Positions 60,870-64,000 of a stretch of DNA of 64,000 nt are shown here, in pieces. The stretch lies in assembly GCA_013151235.1 (NCBI GenBank), contig JAADIO010000046.1, forward strand, positions 1-64,000. Reading direction: 5' to 3'. Each line of letters starts with the position of its first letter. The first letter of the stretch is position 1. The position numbers and the translations under genes were made by a program. The notes beneath the pieces were generated by a model. That model worked only from the letters and a program-made list of their open reading frames with translations, was not told the origin of the DNA and searched no databases. This stretch comes from Deltaproteobacteria bacterium. Lineage in GTDB: Bacteria; CG2-30-53-67.

Positions 60870-62147
60870 TTGACCCGTTTGGACATTCCCTTATATTCAT
60901 ACATCCTGTTCACCCTCGGTTTTCTTCTGTTTTCCGCCTTTATCTCCGGTTCGAAGAAGGCCTTCTTTTTTCTGGATCGTGAGGAGATCCTCTCTCTTCC
61001 TTCCGGGAAGGGGCGGGAGGCGCTCCTCTTTCTAAGTGGGAAACCGAGACGTACCCTGCTGACGCTTCTGATCCTGCACCTCGTTTTCCAGGCTTTGTTG
61101 GTGCTCTTTACGCTGACGGCCATTCAACAGGCGCCGGCCCGGTTGGCGGCGCTTTTCTGCCTCCTGATTCTCTATCTTGCCGTCGGAAGGATTCTTCCGC
61201 GTGCCCTGGTGCAGGGGCGGGAACTGCTCTATCTCCGGAATGCGGCCGTCTATTTGAAATTTCTTTTTCGTCTTGTTGCCCCTTTTCGGGCCATTGTTGA
61301 GAAGATCTCCTTTTTTCTGCTCCGGGGAAGCGGCGGGGAATTGCCGATGTTTCAGGATCGGGACTTCATCCACCGGGTGATGCCGGTGCCGGAGGAGGGT
61401 CCGGGACTGTATGAACGGGAGATGGTTCAGAACGTCATGGAGTTCCAGGAAACACTGGTCAAGGAAGTGATGACGCCCCGGCCCGACATGTTTTGTGTCG
61501 AACTGGAGGAGGATGTGCAGAGCGTTATGGAGAAAATCCGCACCTCCCGTTATTCCCGTATCCCCGTGTATGAGAAGGATCTCGATCATATCGTGGGGAT
61601 CCTCTATGCCAAGGATCTGCTCTCCCTCCTGATCGAAGAGAACGGTATGGAACGGCATTGTATCGGGGAACTACAGCATCCGGCATTGCATATTCCGGAA
61701 ACCAAACGAGTCAGTGAACTCCTCCGTGATTTCAAGAAGCAGAATGTTCATATTGCCATGGTGGTGGATGAGTTCGGCGGGGTGGAAGGTCTGGTCTGTC
61801 TTGAGGATCTCCTGGAAGAGATCGTGGGAGAACTCCAGGACGAGGCGGATGAGGAAGAGCGGCCGGTAAAAAAGATTTCCGACCGGGTCTGCCGTGTTTC
61901 CGCGATGTTGCCGCTGGAGGATTTCAACACCCTCTTCCAGGTTTCCATTGAAAGTGAGGACTACGAGACGGTCGGGGGGTTTGTGGTGGATCAATTGGGG
62001 CATTTTCCCAAATGGGGGGAGCGGATTCGTTATGAAGGGCTGGAGATCGTGGTTTACCGGGTCCGGAAGGTCCGGGTCCTGGAACTGATGGTCACCCGGC
62101 TCGATGACGTTCCGGCAGAGGGTGAAGCTCCTGCCGGAGAGATGTAA
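60870..62147 (+). CDS. CNNM/CorC (HlyC-like) CBS-domain membrane protein
   Basis: N-terminal TM region, VMTPR, YSRIPVY, VVDEFGG, EDLLEEIVGEL.DE. Confidence 0.9.
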   Translation: MTRLDIPLYSYILFTLGFLLFSAFISGSKKAFFFLDREEILSLPSGKGREALLFLSGKPRRTLLTLLILHLVFQALLVLFTLTAIQQAPARLAALFCLLILYLAVGRILPRALVQGRELLYLRNAAVYLKFLFRLVAPFRAIVEKISFFLLRGSGGELPMFQDRDFIHRVMPVPEEGPGLYEREMVQNVMEFQETLVKEVMTPRPDMFCVELEEDVQSVMEKIRTSRYSRIPVYEKDLDHIVGILYAKDLLSLLIEENGMERHCIGELQHPALHIPETKRVSELLRDFKKQNVHIAMVVDEFGGVEGLVCLEDLLEEIVGELQDEADEEERPVKKISDRVCRVSAMLPLEDFNTLFQVSIESEDYETVGGFVVDQLGHFPKWGERIRYEGLEIVVYRVRKVRVLELMVTRLDDVPAEGEAPAGEM

Positions 62148-62152
62148 AACGC

Positions 62153-63409
62153 ATGTGGCTGAATCTTTTCTATCTGATTGCCGGACTGGCCGGATTCGTC
62201 GGGGAGGCCTTTTTCGCCGTTGCCGAGAATGCCCTGGTGGCTTCCGATAAACTGCTTCTTCTCGATCAGAAGGAGAAAGGGCCGGGGATCCTGCCGCTGT
62301 TGCAGATGCTTTCCCATCCACAGCGGATCTCCCAGACCCTGCTCGTCGGATCGGTCTTCTCCGTGGGGGTTGGTACAACCTTTTCTTTTCTGCTCCTTTT
62401 CCGTCTCAGCGGCGGTACGCCCGGTTTGCTTCTTCTTCCGGTTTTTGCCTTTCTCCTGATCCTGATCATCGTTTTTGCGGAAGTCCTTCCCCGTGCGATT
62501 TTTTCGGATTGTCCCGAGGAAACGGCCCTTCGTATCGCCCGGCCCCTTGCGGTCTGCATGTCGTCTCTGCGTGTTGTGATCGACCCGGCCCTACGCTTTT
62601 TCGAGACCGTACGCACGATTTCCGGGTTGAAAGGGAAAGAGGAAACCCCCTTTGTTGAAGACGAGGACCTGGAGTGGATCCGCCGGTTTGTCCGGGGGAG
62701 TGAAACCCTGCGCAGAGAGGAGGTCCGGATCATCCGGAAAATCATCGATTTCAGCGAGATCCGTGTCCGCGATGTTTGTGTCCCCCTCGAACAGGTGATC
62801 GCGGTCGAGGAGAGGGAGAATATTTCCCGGGCCATTCGGAAAATTCGGGAAAGCGGATTCACGCGCCTTCCCGTCTATCGGAAGGAAGAACATGAAATTG
62901 TGGGCATACTTCATGCCCTCGATCTCTTCAGCCAGCGGGGACTCGATACTCCGGTGGACGCGTGCTGCCGTCAACCCTTCTTTGTTTCGGAGGAGACCTT
63001 GATTCGTGATCTCTTCCGGGACCTCCAGCGATTGGGGATCGTCATGGCCGTGGTCCGGAATCATACAGGCAGGGCGGTCGGCATTGTCACCATGGAAGAT
63101 CTGCTGGAGGAGATCTTTGGAGAGATTGAGGATGAATTTGACCTGAAGGATCAGTTTTTCCGGAAGATCGGCCGCGGGGAGTATCTTGTGGATACCCGGG
63201 TTGACCTTGATGCTTTGCAGGAGGCTCTTCAGTTGCCGATTCCCCGAAACGGCTATCGGACCTTGAACGGGTATATCCTTCACTATCTTCGGCGGGTCCC
63301 CCAGGAGGGGGAACGGTTCACCATCGGGGACCTGATGTTTAAGGTCGAGCTGGCCGATCAACGGAGAATTTATAAACTCTTTGTACGAAAACTGGAATTT
63401 CCCCGATAG
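62153..63409 (+). CDS. Second CNNM/CorC CBS-domain membrane protein
   Basis: FFAVAENAL, FAEVLP, FTRLPVY, EDLLEEIFGEIEDE. Confidence 0.9.
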   Translation: MWLNLFYLIAGLAGFVGEAFFAVAENALVASDKLLLLDQKEKGPGILPLLQMLSHPQRISQTLLVGSVFSVGVGTTFSFLLLFRLSGGTPGLLLLPVFAFLLILIIVFAEVLPRAIFSDCPEETALRIARPLAVCMSSLRVVIDPALRFFETVRTISGLKGKEETPFVEDEDLEWIRRFVRGSETLRREEVRIIRKIIDFSEIRVRDVCVPLEQVIAVEERENISRAIRKIRESGFTRLPVYRKEEHEIVGILHALDLFSQRGLDTPVDACCRQPFFVSEETLIRDLFRDLQRLGIVMAVVRNHTGRAVGIVTMEDLLEEIFGEIEDEFDLKDQFFRKIGRGEYLVDTRVDLDALQEALQLPIPRNGYRTLNGYILHYLRRVPQEGERFTIGDLMFKVELADQRRIYKLFVRKLEFPR

Positions 63410-63430
63410 GTCCGATATCCGGAATTGTTC

Positions 63431-63467
63431 TTGACAGTAAATATTCGGGAATGTTAATATCCCGAAG
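63431..63467 (+). promoter_or_regulatory. Putative atp operon promoter with an overlapping palindrome
   Basis: TTGACA-N18-TAATAT; TTCGGGA-N9-TCCCGAA spans the -10. Confidence 0.55.
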
Positions 63468-63489
63468 TTTGTATGAAGCCGATCATCCC

Positions 63490-63711
63490 ATGAAAAAAGA
63501 AGACAAGGCCTTCTACAGGAAGCTCTATTCGGTCAGTACGGCCGGCATCTACATGGTTGTCGCGACGATGATCGGCTATTTTATAGGGAACAAACTGGAC
63601 CGGTGGTTTGACACTTATCCCTGGCTGACCCTGTTCTTTCTCTTTTGCGGAATTGCGGCCGGGTTCAAGAACCTGATCGAAATCGCCATCAAGGAAAATA
63701 AAGAGGAATAG
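63490..63711 (+). CDS. atpZ: AtpZ/AtpI-family small membrane protein
   Basis: IGYFIGNKLDRWFDTYPWLTLFFLFCGIAAGFKN. Confidence 0.85.
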   Translation: MKKEDKAFYRKLYSVSTAGIYMVVATMIGYFIGNKLDRWFDTYPWLTLFFLFCGIAAGFKNLIEIAIKENKEE

Positions 63712-63717
63712 TCCGAT

Positions 63718-64000
63718 ATGAGCGGTGAAAAGGGGCAGCATCTGACGATCAAAGGGGTTACCTGGCCGGGATTGCTCTTTCTTCTCCTTCTCCTCGGGGC
63801 GTCCGTTCCCCTCTTCGGTCGGGGCCTTGCCCTCGGCATGGGGGTCGGAATGGCCGTGGGACTGCTGAATTTCAAGGCGATTGAGTTGATCGTCAAACGG
63901 GTGATGGGACCGGACGGCGGGAGCAGGCTCCTCTACGGAATCTTCGGAATGGTGAAGTTCCTGGTCCTGGGGGGCATATTTTTTCTGCTGATTTATTATA
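63718..64000 (+). CDS. atpI: ATP synthase protein I (3'-truncated by the window edge)
   Basis: Hand translation MSGEKGQHLTIK...GMAVGLLNF...MVKFLVLGGIFFLLIYY is hydrophobic and follows atpZ. Confidence 0.75.
   Translation, partial: MSGEKGQHLTIKGVTWPGLLFLLLLLGASVPLFGRGLALGMGVGMAVGLLNFKAIELIVKRVMGPDGGSRLLYGIFGMVKFLVLGGIFFLLIYY

Noticed and set aside
1-64000. CRISPR array
   Set aside because: No regularly spaced repeats with unique spacers were seen; the repeats are MITE, REP or short tandem types, and there are no cas genes

Overview
Gene-dense, GC-rich bacterial chromosome segment, mostly on the + strand. Gene content and order (trp-accD-folC-lptD, pilMNOPQ-aroC-aroB, hrcA-grpE-dnaK-dnaJ, CNNM pair before atpZ/atpI) suggest a deltaproteobacterium-like organism; this is an inference. 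The first 2 kb look like the edge of an accessory/defence island: the end of a type I restriction HsdR gene, an XRE protein, an IS fragment and a VapBC pair. The rest is largely housekeeping: trpEGDCFBA, a Crp-like protein with a class II phosphodiesterase, rmlBD, type IV pilus secretin genes, der, the heat-shock operon, bioA, pckA, NamZ, sthA, an 11-subunit complex I (nuoABCDHIJKLMN, no nuoEFG), a sigma54-driven diguanylate cyclase and the start of the F0 ATP synthase operon. trpB and bioA each carry a 1-bp frameshift. Most interesting: (1) a membrane-anchored receptor-like protein with a coiled coil and a C-terminal RelE/ParE-like domain at the end of the heat-shock operon; (2) a MoxR-type AAA+ ATPase paired with a TraB/Tiki-like plus degenerate vWA-like protein; (3) a Cys-cluster protein appended to the N-module-less complex I; (4) a MITE family with 6-bp target-site duplications, one copy nested in another repeat; (5) a promoter- and terminator-bounded structured RNA upstream of trpE. 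All family calls come from motif recognition by eye; no searches were run.
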